A stretch of DNA of 64,000 nucleotides from Eledone cirrhosa (taxonomy: Eukaryota), in NCBI GenBank assembly GCA_964016885.1, contig OZ024753.1:33914001-33978000 (forward strand), read 5' to 3'. The notes beneath the pieces were generated by a model, which had not been told where the DNA came from, did no database searches, and saw only the letters and a list, made by a program, of their open reading frames with translations. Positions 15,886 through 29,043 of the stretch are shown here, in pieces. The position numbers and the translations under genes were made by a program. Each line of letters begins with the position of its first letter. Positions within the stretch are counted from its first letter, which is position 1.

Positions 15886-16241
15886 AGTATATGTATATAC
15901 AGACATACACAAAAACAAATCAGACACACACAGATAGAACAAACAAACAACTAGTGACAAGTAAATAAACACATAAATGAATAAATCAAATGCGCAAAGC
16001 ACACAACACACAAAAACAAGATTATGTAAGACAGAATAAAGGAGAGACACAAAAATATAAACCTAGTCACTGAGGAGGTCAAAGAATGTGTGACGAAAGA
16101 GCTTTCACAATATATAAAGAACCATCCGGTTATCGAACCAACCAACTGGGAATTTATAATAAATTGAAGTGAAAACTATAAGATGCGCACGATTTTATTA
16201 GCAGCATGACCCTCCCAAAGTATAACAATATATATATATAT

Positions 16242-16414
16242 AACAAAGAGGCTGTGGTAAGATGCCAGGTGGACCATAACAGACCAGAGTACTCAATGCT
16301 AAGGGTAGTAGAGTGGGTAATAGGAAAAGAGTCAGGACCCGACGGCTGTTTCGGTCGTTTCGACAACTAGATCCAAAACGGCCGGAGCTCAGCTGTCGGG
16401 GTCCTGACTCTTTT

Positions 16415-16418
<4 letters not shown>
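16242..16418. mobile_element. Family A PLE fragment with short fold-back
   Basis: Family A tail on the minus strand, then taggaaaagagtcaggaccc...gggtcctgactcttttccta inverted arms. Confidence 0.75.
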
Positions 16419-16482
<64 letters not shown>

Positions 16483-16512
16483 TATATACATATATATATA
16501 TGCATATATATG

Positions 16513-16579
<67 letters not shown>

Positions 16580-16584
16580 GCATA

Positions 16585-16654
<70 letters not shown>

Positions 16655-17548
16655 TATATAGGTATATTGGTATATTTGTTTTAGCTGTATTTGACTTACT
16701 GAATGAAAGGGTGGATGCTGCATTTCGTATGGCTTCAATTGTGAAACCCACACTACTTATTTCAATCTGTAAGGTATATAACAGATGCCAGTAATAGCCT
16801 TCGGCGTCAATGAGGCACAAGGGCTTTCCCGCCTGGAGATAACACCTCGAAGAGTAATATTTCTCCTAATACAAACAATGTAAAATGAAATAGAAGAATT
16901 ACGAACAGGAGGAATACATCTTATCTAATTGGCCAGTTTCTCCATAATATTATCGAAATATAGCTACTTGACTTTAACCACCACTACTAGTATAATATGG
17001 ATTATTTCTACTATTTGAACTGCTGTATCAATGGCGACCGAATAAGTATATTTATTTGTGCTATACTTCTGACGGTTTATCTCTGTTTCATTGAATGGAT
17101 ATGGCCGTAGGTCAAAGTCAAAGTTGATCACAGTGTCCATGTATATTAAGTGATTGAGTGACATATCTCTACTCTATTATATGAGACTACTTTATCAAAT
17201 ATTAACCCATCTTTTATAAATATTACCTCAGCAATAGTGAATACAACATTATATATATATATATATAACTCAATTTGGAAGAAACCGGGAGCTGTGTGGT
17301 TACTTGATAAAGTGTATTTTAAAATAAAAGGAAAGCACAAACTGGGGACAATCCTTTCATCAGTTGTCTGCTGGAGATCATATAAATATTACATTTATAT
17401 ATATATATATATGTATAAGGTGTATTATTGGTTGTGTCATACGGTCCAATAAACTTTTGTTAGCAATATTAAGTTCTCCACGCTTTTGTATATCCCCAAT
17501 TCCCTTTAAGGGAACAGTTAGATGATGTAAAACGGAGTATTTGTATCA

Positions 17549-17807
17549 AAATAAAGATCCAAAGGCATGGTATAAATTTCCAATCATTTTAATCACGGCA
17601 CATGTTTCAATAAGAGATAGATCGATCGTGTGGTCATGATCGATTTGATATGAGCGAGGAAAAACTATCAAAGATTTGAAGACATTTCATTATTCACCTT
17701 ATGAGATCAGTGATAATCGATCATGACCACACGATCTATCTCTTATTGAAACATGTATCGTGATTAAAATGATTGGAAATTTATACCATGCTTTCGGATC
17801 TTTATTT
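17549..17807. mobile_element. Fold-back with ~95-bp arms and a degenerate HHR
   Basis: Arms 17549-17645 and 17715-17807. Plus strand has tcac-CTTATGA...GAAA-CATG-TA at 17694-17763. Confidence 0.7.
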
Positions 17808-17871
17808 CGATATATATATACATATATATATACACACATATATATATATATACATAGATATATATATATAT

Positions 17872-17934
<63 letters not shown>

Positions 17935-18357
17935 CATACATAGATATTGTATTTATTTACTTACTCTTGGCGCAGCAGATTTGAAAAAAATTCCCGGTAT
18001 AAGGTTAGCATTTCTTTGTTTATTTTTTATATATGAATATTGATTGTTCCTTATATCTCATTCTGTTATTTTGCCCGAGAAAATATCTGTGTGTGTCATC
18101 AAATGTTGTACACACAGATATTTTTTCAATTTCCAATTGAGTTCTTAGCACGTGGCCTGAATTCCTTCGTGAGTTCATTGTCACGCGCATGTATTGTTTT
18201 TTTTTGGCGGTAATTCACTTCCTCATTTTTTGAATCAGTTCGAGCACTTCTTTCAGAACTGCTGGACTGGCTACCTGACAGATACCTCAGGCACAGAAAG
18301 TGATTATCGCTAAATGCTGATGTTGGTTAGATTATCAATATTAGTATTATTGGGGCA

Positions 18358-18484
18358 CCCACTGATGAATTATAGGAGCCCACTTGAATATATATCTATT
18401 GATGGTATACAAGCTCCTACATAAATTGGTATAATTTCACCCAAATTGTAGGAGTCCTATAATGAAACGAGACGTCCGTCTGGG
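18358..18484 (+). ncRNA. Type I hammerhead ribozyme with extended stem II
   Basis: ccca-CTGATGA-attatagga...tcctataat-GAAA-cg agacgtc cg-TC-tggg. GUC triplet. Followed by a tail to ~18660 that is related to 19515-19735 (-) and 43383-43530 (+). Confidence 0.85.
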
Positions 18485-18703
18485 AAGAGATATATTAGAT
18501 GTATCTCATTTGAAATAATACAGTCAATTTTCCACGCAATACTTTTAGGTATCACCCCGAACACATAATTGGGAATATAATCACTTATTTCCTAATGTTT
18601 GTTGAGTGAGTTGGAATTTGGCCAGAGTATCGCTAAAAAGCTTTCTCCGATATTGTATTTATTTACATACATATATATATATATACATACATATATATAT
18701 ATA

Positions 18704-18734
<31 letters not shown>

Positions 18735-18752
18735 CATACATATATATATATA

Positions 18753-18783
<31 letters not shown>

Positions 18784-18831
18784 CATACATATATATATAT
18801 AATATATATATACATATATATATATACATAC

Positions 18832-18878
<47 letters not shown>

Positions 18879-18931
18879 CATATATATATACATATATATA
18901 TACATACATATATATACATATATATATATAC

Positions 18932-19011
<80 letters not shown>

Positions 19012-19012
19012 C

Positions 19013-19053
<41 letters not shown>

Positions 19054-19254
19054 CTATATATATATATATATACTTATACATACATATATACATATATATA
19101 TTTATATATATATATCTATATATATATATACTTATACATACATATATACATATATATATATATAGATATGTAGATAAATCTACCAAAATATACGGCAGTC
19201 TCCAATCCGTATGAAGAACTCAGTGTAATCCAAAAGAGAAGATGCATTCAAAAA

Positions 19255-19440
19255 TTTTCGAAGACAGCATGTATATGTGAAGGTATGTATATTTCCTCTG
19301 ATAATTTGTAATATTTTTACATAGATCTATATGATATACATACCAACACACATATACATCCTAGAAACGATCGTAAAATGATGATTTTTTATAATATAAG
19401 GAACTTGTTCTTTGTTTTTATTTCATTGTTTTTATTAATT
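19255..19440 (+). mobile_element. Family D pLTR fragment with degenerate HHR
   Basis: Homologous to 30030-30221 (-). Core reads TCGAAGA...GAAA-CGATCG-TA. Confidence 0.65.
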
Positions 19441-19514
19441 TATAATACATATATACAAATATACACATATATATATATATACATACATATATACATATAT
19501 ACATATTTAATACA

Positions 19515-19735
19515 TTAACAGAGAAAGCTTTAAGCAATACTCCGACCGGCTTCCGTCTCACTCAACAAACATTAGGATATACCTTAGTATAATCCCAATT
19601 ATACGTTTGGGGTGCTAACTATACGTATTTTGCGGATAGCCAGTTGTATTATTTTATATAAGACATAATTAAAATACATCTCTCTTTCCAAACGATCGTT
19701 TCATTATAAGTTTTCTACAAATTGGGAAAATAATG
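19515..19735 (-). mobile_element. PLE pLTR 3' fragment with the 3' half of an HHR
   Basis: Minus strand ttataat-GAAA-CGATCG-TT-tgga, then a tail homologous to 18485-18660. Confidence 0.65.
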
Positions 19736-19760
19736 TCCAGATATATATATATATATATAT

Positions 19761-19855
19761 AACGAAGGAAATGTGGTAAGGAACCAGATGGACCATAACG
19801 CACCAAAGTACTCAATACTTAGGGTAGTAGAGTGGGTAATAGGAACTCGTTCCTA
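19761..19855 (-). mobile_element. Family A tail with micro fold-back
   Basis: Tail followed by taggaac tc gttccta, then (TA)n. Confidence 0.75.
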
Positions 19856-20337
19856 TATATATATATAGTAATAATAATAATAAATATGAAGACTAAAATC
19901 CAAAGAGGGCTCGATAAGGATAAATATATATCAAATATATAAGAACCCTAGAGCAAATATGATCCCGTTAAGGGTGAAAGCAGCGATTCTTTGCTTAAAC
20001 TTTAATCTGTTATTTTAATAAATATATATATATATATATATAAAGATCCGATATATATAAATTTCCTATCTAAGACGAAACAATAAATAAAATATCTAAT
20101 ACACAAGGTGCATTTGTCGAAAGGGCCTGAAAATGAGTATGCATATACGTACTTATATTTAAGTAACAGCCGTACTAAGAGTGAGAAATGAAATTTCGTT
20201 TCATTTTTTCCGTTTATCGTTTTCGGTACCCCGCTCGATTAACCCACTCGATATGCAAATTAGGCTGCTCAGCCGTTAATATGCATAAGGAAATTATATA
20301 CTTTCAGACGTTCAACCATCTGGCAGGAAGGTATACG

Positions 20338-20374
20338 TTGCTGACGATATCTAATAAGCTTGAAACTAGTACAG
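20338..20374 (+). ncRNA. Minimal hammerhead motif
   Basis: ttg-CTGACGA-tatctaataagctt-GAAA-CTAG-TA-cag. Core and palindromic loop III present, stems I and II weak. Confidence 0.5.
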
Positions 20375-20607
20375 AGTTCCTTTGACAGTGTTGAACAAAT
20401 GAGCAACGATGGTTGCTAGACACTGTACGGCTTAATTCGGGTGTTTGTTTACAAACACACCGAGCATTATAATAAATGTTCGGTGAATCCATACGTACAT
20501 TTATATATGTGTGCATGTATGTATATATATACACATACTACTGTACGTTTGTATACATATATGTATGTACGTATACATACTTATATATATATATGAATAT
20601 ATTGAAT

Positions 20608-21220
20608 ATGTCAGGTCACCACTTGCTGCTACTGGTAACATGTATCCCAGTACAACCTGTCTCATGGTCGGGTCGTTGGCGACTAAACTGGCAACCCCAC
20701 CAAGGTTTCTTGGTGAGGAGGGTGACTTTGGACATCCTGCAGGACTAAAAACAAAACCTGTCAAAAGGGCCAAGGAGCTATTAAGAGTCAATGGCCATCC
20801 AAAATCACTGGGAGAGATGACCCCTTAGCCTTTGTCAAGGCAGAATTCTAGGAGAAGGAAAACTCTGATATAACACCTGCAACCCTGATGGTATCCAATG
20901 ATGTTGACTCGTTCTTCTTTTTGGTAAATATCATCTTGGTTAAGAGAGTGGGACTGGCTTTGTGCAGTGCCTTTGCTCACTATAAAAGCTTCACGGCACA
21001 GGCAATGCTTTATATCTGGAGATCTCTCTGCACTTGTCGTCACATGGTACCAAAGGCAAAGCACTATGCGTCAATAATTGTCACAAGTGTAGTGTTTGTA
21101 CCAGAGTTTTCAAGTCGCTGGCTGGACTAAAAAGTCACACTCGTTCAGCGCATCGGTCGGGGTTCTCCTACATGGATATAAAGTAGTGGCCGTACTCGAA
21201 AACGAGTTCGCAGCCACCAT
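20608..21220 (+). mobile_element. Element B, copy 2
   Basis: Contains GGCGACTAAACT and CTAGGAGAAGGAAAACTCTGA, motifs resembling RTE-clade 5' UTRs. Ends in the stem-loop gtggc..actcg aaaa cgagt..gccac, then (TA)n. Confidence 0.8.
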
Positions 21221-21230
21221 ATATATATAT

Positions 21231-21361
21231 GAATTAGCCGTCGAAACGGCTTGAGCTCAGCTGTCGGGGTCTTACTGGTTCCTATTACCCACTCTACTAC
21301 CTCAAGTATTGAGTACTTTGGTGCGTTATGGTCCACCTGGTTCCTTACCACATTTCCTTCG

Positions 21362-21363
<2 letters not shown>
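21231..21363 (+). mobile_element. Family A pLTR 3' fragment (3' half of HHR plus tail)
   Basis: gaattagccgtcGAAAcggcttgagctcagctgTCggggtc...ccttcgtt, between (TA)n tracts. Confidence 0.8.
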
Positions 21364-21413
<50 letters not shown>

Positions 21414-21637
21414 AAGTAGAAATATATGGCTCCACTGTAAAATTTGATTAGATAACAGTCTTAATAGCAGGGTGTTTAAATCCACTAGACTTCTAGAGAA
21501 AAATGGGTGCCAGTACATTATTTTTGATTACTTAATTGTGATCTACTCGTCAGTGATTTTGTATAAGATGTTCTATATATATATATATATATATATTAAT
21601 ATTAATTAATAAATATAGACATTCATGTAATCAAATA

Positions 21638-21703
21638 TATTTTATTATATATATTTCGGAGGTACTGTGCTGTTTCCTCAGTACGTCCTCATCAGATAAA
21701 ATA
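21638..21703 (-). ncRNA. Type I hammerhead ribozyme, PLE type
   Basis: tattttat-CTGATGA-gga c gtactg...cagtac c tcc-GAAA-TATATA-TA-ataaaata. 8-bp stem I, palindromic loop III. Confidence 0.88.
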
Positions 21704-21843
21704 AATTGATGTCTGATATACCTCAACTGTGCTGATGGTTCAATTCCAGTCTTGGAAGTACAGAAAATTTCACTATTGAGTGATTCTAATCTATTGTAAA
21801 ACTATATTCATTGATTAATCAATGAACCTTGTTTAACTTTTGG

Positions 21844-21916
<73 letters not shown>

Positions 21917-22129
21917 TGTATGTATAAATATATATGTATTATGTATGCGTGTGTGTTTATATAGACAGATATACATACACACTTACATTCATACATACAC
22001 ACACAATTGACATTGCAGAGAATTTTACTTACATCTGTTTGTTGTTATTTTACTTAGCTCTTTGTTTTAATTATAACTGCAAGATATTTTTCTATAGTGA
22101 GTTTATAGTTATACATATGAGTGTATATA

Positions 22130-22178
<49 letters not shown>

Positions 22179-22180
<2 letters not shown>

Positions 22181-22567
22181 TGAGACTTGGACACTGACCA
22201 AGAAACTCACTCAGATGGTGGATGGATGCTACACGAGAATGCTGAGGATGGCTCTGAACATTAATCAGTATACACTGAGGATGAAAAACTCAGAGCTGTA
22301 TGGGAGCCTCCCAAAAGTCAGCTCAAAAGTGACACAGAGGAGACTGGGGTTAGCTGGACATATCCATCGACATCCAGAGTTGACATTGCACTCCTATGGG
22401 AGCCCCTACATGGACACACTGGAAGAGGAAGACCAAGGTTAACGTATGTTGATGTCCTAAGGACAGACACTGGTCTGTTGGAGACGCAGGACATGGCAGC
22501 GATAATGAGGGACAGAGACCGCTGGAGAGAACTCGTCCATGGATCTCGGGAATTTTAACCGCCCTAG
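22179..22567 (+). mobile_element. RTE-clade LINE 3' fragment (region C-terminal to RT), frameshifted
   Basis: Translates SETWTLTKKLTQMVDGCYTRMLRMALNI...RRLGLAGHIHRH, typical of RTE C-termini. Has a short deletion relative to the copy at 54551. Confidence 0.85.
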
Positions 22568-22593
22568 AATAAATGTATATATATATATAAATA

Positions 22594-22670
<77 letters not shown>

Positions 22671-23157
22671 AATATATAGATATATATATGTGTGTGTGTA
22701 TGTGTTTGTGTGTGTCTAGTAATATAACTAATCACAATAATAAATAACAGTTTGTAAAAAAATAACTTCGACGATAATGGCCCAATAATACAACACATCG
22801 ATTGGTCTTTTTATCAGTAAAACATTGAATCCAGTGCAAATTTCAACATTAATAGGTATTTCACATATATTGATAAATGGAAATAACTCATAATTGCCAT
22901 TACCATTTTTAATGACTCGATGAAAATATTTGATCTTTAATGTTTTCTTCTTAATCATGAACAATAAAACATAACCGATTCGATTTCTATGTAATTCTTA
23001 ATTCTTTAAATAAATATAACTCTTCCACCAGGCAAAAATAATAATACCGAGAGAAGTTAAAATCAAAACCGAAGACGCGAATCGGTGCGAATTTTTTTTA
23101 TTGAAATTAAATATATTTGCTTCTTATTTATATTTCAATTTCACTTGAGATTAAATG

Positions 23158-23322
23158 CAGTGCCGGGTTCACCATTGTGCTTAGGTGTGATTAAGTATAG
23201 GGCCTCGTTGGCCAGGGGGCCCCATCTTCCTGTCAAAAGACGTTTTACCTCCTTCAAAGCCCAAGTAAGAGGCCACATAACTTAACTAGCTTAGGGCCTC
23301 ATTTTACCTAAATCCGGCACTG
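23158..23322. mobile_element. hAT-type MITE
   Basis: TIRs CAGTGCCGG/CCGGCACTG. 8-bp TSD ATTAAATG/ATTAAGTG (7/8 match). Confidence 0.85.
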
Positions 23323-24341
23323 ATTAAGTGATTATTAAAGGACTTTACTACTACAAATAATTTATTGTGTTCTTAGATCATCTCGAATAAGAAGAGTGAC
23401 AAGAGTAATTGTCATTAGTAAAGTTGACACAGCATTGGTGTTAAGAAGTTAGCTCGCTAGTTACATAGTTTCCATTGTGAGACAACTTGTCATTCTCATT
23501 AATAATTAGTTTTAAATGAGAAGACTATGTGTATATCATTCCACAAGAAATTATTAATAGCAGAGGGACAATATTGTGTCTAACTTGAGTGAGAAAAACA
23601 TTATGGATTTTTGTTTCTCGCAATACGTACAACTTTCATAATATGCGTTCCCATTGAAAGTGAGAATGAGAAGACGTCTACGATGCTTGACCAAGATACA
23701 CTCATGGAATGACGAAATTAGGTTTATTTTTCAACAGAGTCCTTGGAAAGAAACAATGCAGTTATTAATAAGAAGAATTGAAATCAATGTATGAAAGATT
23801 TCACATTTCTAGCATCACTCCTTCATAGTCAGCCCATGAACTTTTCAGTCAGTAGATAGAAAATGCAAAGATTTCGAAATTCTTTTCAGTCAATGATTTT
23901 TTTTTTTTTTCGGTGTTTTGTTACACTATAACAAAATGATTTTACGTATTAAAATATACTGATTTATTTTATATCATTTTTATATTTAAATCGTTACAGA
24001 ATTACTAATTCCAAATCTGGCAATACATGACAGTATATTTATATAATGATACTCCAGGCAATTAAAGTGTTGAAATAATTTTAAAGCAAAACTAAACATA
24101 ACGAAGTTACGTCAAATTTAGAATCTAAGTTGACATCAAGAAGTATTTAGATGGAGAAATCAATAGATGTAAAATATATTATGATATAATAAAAACGAAA
24201 ATCATACACAACTTAAAATTCGAATTACGCTCTTCATTCAATATATTATATATTTTTTAATAGCTGTAAAGCTAGACCTGTTATTCTAGGGTTAGTGGTT
24301 TCGTGCCTAAGATCAGATTCTATATATGTATATGCATATAA

Positions 24342-24610
24342 GTGGAGGCACGTGGCCTAGTGGTAAGGGTGTTGGACTTACAATCATAATGTGGTGGGTT
24401 CGAATCCTGGGTTGCGTGTTGTGTTCTTGAGCAAAACACTTCATTTCACATTGCTCCAGTATACTCAGCTGAAAATGAGTACCAGCAATAGCCGCGGGTT
24501 TAACCCTGCGATGGACTGGCGTCTTGTCAAGGAGGGAGCCTTGTGCTCTCAGTCACTTTACGCCATGAAACCGGGATAAGCACCGGCCAAATGAGCCTTT
24601 TGGCTTTAGA
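24342..24610 (+). mobile_element. tRNA-derived SINE, family 2, near full length
   Basis: A-box TGGCCTAGTGG, B-box GGTTCGAATCC, CORE-like TTCTTGAGCAAAACACTT and V-domain-like CCCTGCGATGGACTGGCG. Confidence 0.85.
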
Positions 24611-24836
24611 GACAGTAGACTTTAGATATGCTTATATATACATATACACATATATATGTAAATATGCATATATACATATGCGCACACACTCACGTACATA
24701 CGCATATATATATATATATATTAATAAGAGGAATTCCAACTTTGTCTGATTTGCTCGTTTTATTTACAATCCTTTAAAATTTATAATGGTATTATAATGA
24801 AATAGTATGATAGAATATTAAATTCTAAGTGTTAAT

Positions 24837-24875
24837 TGAACAAGTACTTTCATGCTTTCGCAATCTTCAGGTTCA
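24837..24875 (-). ncRNA. Minimal hammerhead ribozyme (left arm)
   Basis: Reverse complement of 24948-24986. Confidence 0.85.
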
Positions 24876-24947
24876 TAATATGTGGTGACAGTCAAGTTTG
24901 CAATTTTCACAGTTGAAAATTGCAAACTTGACTGTCACCACACATTA

Positions 24948-24986
24948 TGAACCTGAAGATTGCGAAAGCATGAAAGTACTTGTTCA
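24948..24986 (+). ncRNA. Minimal hammerhead ribozyme (right arm), 39 nt
   Basis: tgaac-CTGAAGA-t tgc gaaa gca t-GAAA-GTAC-TT-gttca. Confidence 0.85.
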
Positions 24987-25160
24987 ATTAACACTTAGAA
25001 TTTAATATTCTATCATACTATTTCATTATAATACCATTATAAATTTTAAAGGATTGTAAATAAAACGAGTAAATCAGACAAAGTTGGAATTCCTATTATT
25101 AATATAATCTTCTATACACAATCATACACACTCGTGTATATTTATCTATCTATCTATCTA

Positions 25161-25240
<80 letters not shown>

Positions 25241-25803
25241 AAGTTTGAGAAATTATTATGATAAACTTAAATAATACATTAATACAGGCGCAATATGGTG
25301 AAACCTCATCTAGAAACCAGTTTTAATCATTCACTACCAAATGCATTTCAAACTTTCTTGTTTCCTCTGTCATTGTTCACATCAAAGTCTACAGTACATG
25401 TCAAGCTATAGTAAATGCACTTACCTCTCAAGTAATAATCGCATTACAAACGTTTTGAACACCAGAACTTGTATGTATTCAAAAGTCGTACATACTTGAT
25501 TTCCTAATAATACATGGTGAACAAATGTACCGCATGCTGTATCAATATATACATTTACTGTTGGTAAGAAGAGGTTAGGTGGGGGTCGTGGCTGCTTGAT
25601 CTTGACATTTCCAGAGACACTAAGACTAAATGAAAGATAAACAAAGCTGAACTTGGTAAAGTTTGAACTCACAGCGTAGAGAGTCGGAACACTAACCACG
25701 TGATGTTTTGAGACTACATAAATGTTAATCCCCCACCCCTCAATGTCAGTTACAGATTCAAATATGGCCGCTACTACTAAAGCAACAACTACACATCAAC
25801 TTT

Positions 25804-26024
25804 TGTGTGTGTGTGTGTGTATGTGTGGTGTGTGTGTAGTGTGTGTAGTGTGTGGTGTGTGGTGTGTCTATGTGGTGTGTGTGGTGTGTGGTGTGTGCGT
25901 GTGGGTGTGGTGTGTGTGTGGTGTGTGGTGTGTGGTGTGTGTATGTGGTGTGTGTGTGGTGTGTGCGTGTGTGTGTGGTTTGTGTGATGTGGTGTGTGGT
26001 GTGTGGTGTGTGGTGCGTGTGGTG

Positions 26025-26055
<31 letters not shown>

Positions 26056-26081
26056 ATGTGTGTGTGTGTGTGTGTGTGTGG
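25804..26081. repeat. (TG)n/(TGTGG)n compound repeat
   Basis: Directly visible. Confidence 0.9.
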
Positions 26082-26797
26082 TACATTTATAGACATAGGA
26101 TATGTGCCTGAAATAAATATTCATAAGTTCAACCTCAGCCAAAATTGGTTGTATGTAAACATTTCAAATATGTTCGACAGCGCCACTCACGGAACTGAGA
26201 TCAAACTATTTGCAAATGTCCATAAAAATCTTCATTAACGGTCTGTGATTTGTCTAACAATTAGTGTACAATAGAGTTCGAACAACAGGTCTTGAGAATT
26301 AGATAAACACACTTAAAAAAGACTGAACGAAGTTTTGGACGCCTGTTATAGAATTTATAAAAACTAAATAATGCCTTTACTGTCATGTTTTCAATTATGT
26401 ATGTCCAAAGACTACCTTGTTTCTGAAAGAACGTATGCTAGTGTGTGTGTCTCTATGTGAGTATGTATGTGTGTGTATGTATATGCATGTATGTGTGTCT
26501 ATGTGAGTGTGTATATGTATGTGTTTATGTGTGTGTCTATGTGAGTGTGTATAAATGTGTGCGTGTGTGCGTGTATGTATACAATGTTTAATAGACAATG
26601 ATAGATGTTCCTTGTTATTGTCAAATGAATTAATACGTCTAACCTATCTCTTCACTTGTCACCAACCAATAGATGTGCCTAGTGAAGTGTAGTGTGAACA
26701 GTTTGTTTATAGATGTAACGACCAACCATCTCTATTATCAGATTCTTCTCCATCATAACTGCCAAATCTACAGTATTTCTATTACTGTTGTCATTTA

Positions 26798-27682
26798 ATC
26801 ATCATCATCATCATCATCACAATCACCAACATCATTCTCATAATCACCTCCATCACCATCATCATCACCACCATCATCATCATCATCACCACCGCCACCA
26901 CTACCATCATTCTCATAATCACCTCCATCACCATCATCACCACCATCATCATCATCATCACCACCACCACCACTACCATCATTCTCATAATCACCTCCAT
27001 CACCATCATCACCACCACCATCATCATCACCACCACCACCACCACTACCATCATTCTCATAATCACCTCCATCACCATCATCACCACCACCATCGTCATC
27101 ATCATCACCACCACCACCACCACTACCATCATTCTCATAATCACCTCCATCACCATCATCACCACCACCATCGTCATCATCATCACCACCACCACCACTA
27201 CCATCATTCTCATAATCACCTCCATCACCATCATCACCAACACTATCATCGTCATCACCATCACCATCATCACCATCGTCATCACCATCAACATCATTAT
27301 CATAATCAACAACACCATCAACAACACCATCATCGTCATCACCACCACCACTACCATCATCATCGCAATCACCACCATTATCATAATCATCACCATCATC
27401 ATCATCATCACCATCATCACCACCACCACTACCATCATCATCGCAATCACCACCATTATCATAATCATCACCATCATCATCGTTATCACCATCATCATCA
27501 TCATCATCACCACCATAATCGCCATCATTATTATCATCACCGTCATCATCATCAACATCATTATCATAATCACGACCATCATCATCGTCATCACCATCAT
27601 CATCATCATCATCATCATCATCATTACCATCACCACCATCATCATCATAATTATCACCACCACCACCACCATCATCATCATC
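26798..27682. repeat. (CAT/CAC)n array with higher-order ~60-bp units
   Basis: CATTCTCATAATCACCTCCATCACCATCAT recurs 7 times in 26833-27235. Confidence 0.95.
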
Positions 27683-28530
27683 TTAACTATAATAAAGAAA
27701 GGACTGCGTGCAGAATATATTTTTTTATCCCGTTTGTAAAATAAGTTGGATCACTTTGAATAAATAATGAATGAATATTACATAATTTATCTACTAAATT
27801 TCGTAGCTCTTGATTAAATATATTTTATCGCTTATTTAAAGATTCATATCTTTAAATTTTTCAAATGTCAACACTTCCGGTTAACGATCGCTTAAATAAA
27901 CATTCATATATTTCCTTCACTAATTTTCTCCTAATGCAGTTTATGTATAATATCGTGTTTTTTTATGTATCATGGATTACTTTACTGTTTGCCTAAGAGA
28001 GTGTAACACAGACTTCGTTCAATTTCTGTGGATATTGTCAATTACGATTTTATTTGATGTATCATATCTACATGCATATATACTTGCGTATAATAACAAT
28101 ATGCTAGCAGAAAACCACCCGAATGGTGGCTTTTCTGCTAATCTACCTAATAGTTAATACTAACACACTATTCTATGATTTAAATAAATTATACTCTCTA
28201 TCGCTCTCTCCTACTTCAACTTCTTTCTTCTTTCAAAAAACTCCCATCTCATTCATAATGAATAACGACTGACGACACACATAAAGTAGTCACTTGATAA
28301 AACATGTTAAAGACACGGTTAACTATTATAATTGTTCGGCCGAACTAATTTAGACCGGCCGACACTTCCCCAAATTTTTTCTAAGGAATTTCAACTGGCT
28401 ACAAGGGATGAGAAGTTTAATATTGACCTCGGGTATTCTCAAATAAATAAATAAGACAGAGTAATAAACCTCTTGTTTCTCTCCAACATCCTATGTAAAT
28501 ATATGTATGCATTTATGGGTATTGTTTGTT

Positions 28531-28577
<47 letters not shown>

Positions 28578-28609
28578 ATTTACATATACATAAAGTCATA
28601 GATATATAT

Positions 28610-28907
28610 GTGGCAACCGGTCACGTTGTGGCTCAATGAAGAATTAATAAATTAAATAATCAGAGCAATATATCATAAATCATGTCCTTAGAATTATTAG
28701 ATAAAATATATACCATTTCCTCTCCCAATTAGCATAATTAACCATATAAAAAATCAATTAGACCGCTTTCGGTTATTTGTCAAATATTTCTTCATAGGAG
28801 CCTTTATTCTTATAGCCTGGTCTAATTGATTTTTTATATGGTTAATTATGCTAATTGGGAGAGGAAATGGTATATATTTTATCTAATAATTCTAAGGACA
28901 TGATTTA

Positions 28908-28915
<8 letters not shown>
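28610..28915. mobile_element. Fold-back with ~97-bp arms and a degenerate HHR
   Basis: Arms 28668-28764 and 28819-28915. Minus strand has ATGAAGA-(tatttg a caaata)-GAAA-GCGG-TC at ~28759-28797. (TA)n flanks. Confidence 0.75.
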
Positions 28916-28942
<27 letters not shown>

Positions 28943-29010
28943 TGTGTGTATTGTGTGAAAAAAAATATATATATATATGCGTGTGTGGTGTGTAAAATAT
29001 GTATATACGT

Positions 29011-29043
<33 letters not shown>

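Larger units (their letters stand above)
24716..25140. mobile_element. Near-perfect ~190-bp-arm fold-back PLE fragment
   Basis: Arms ~24716-24909 and 24914-~25107, 4-nt loop, about 3 mismatches. Extra tail on the right, then (TATC)n(TA)n. Confidence 0.9.

Noticed and set aside
16066-16110. HHR-like CTGAGGA-ggtca..tgac-GAAA-GAGC-TT
   Set aside because: Stem I cannot form. It may be a decayed copy but is not supportable.
24342-24412. tRNA gene
   Set aside because: The A/B boxes continue into a SINE body, and there is no acceptor stem or terminator.
26788-27744. 318-aa histidine-rich ORF (also 5588-5911)
   Set aside because: It is a (CAT/CAC)n microsatellite with no non-repetitive domain, and the opposite strand is equally open.
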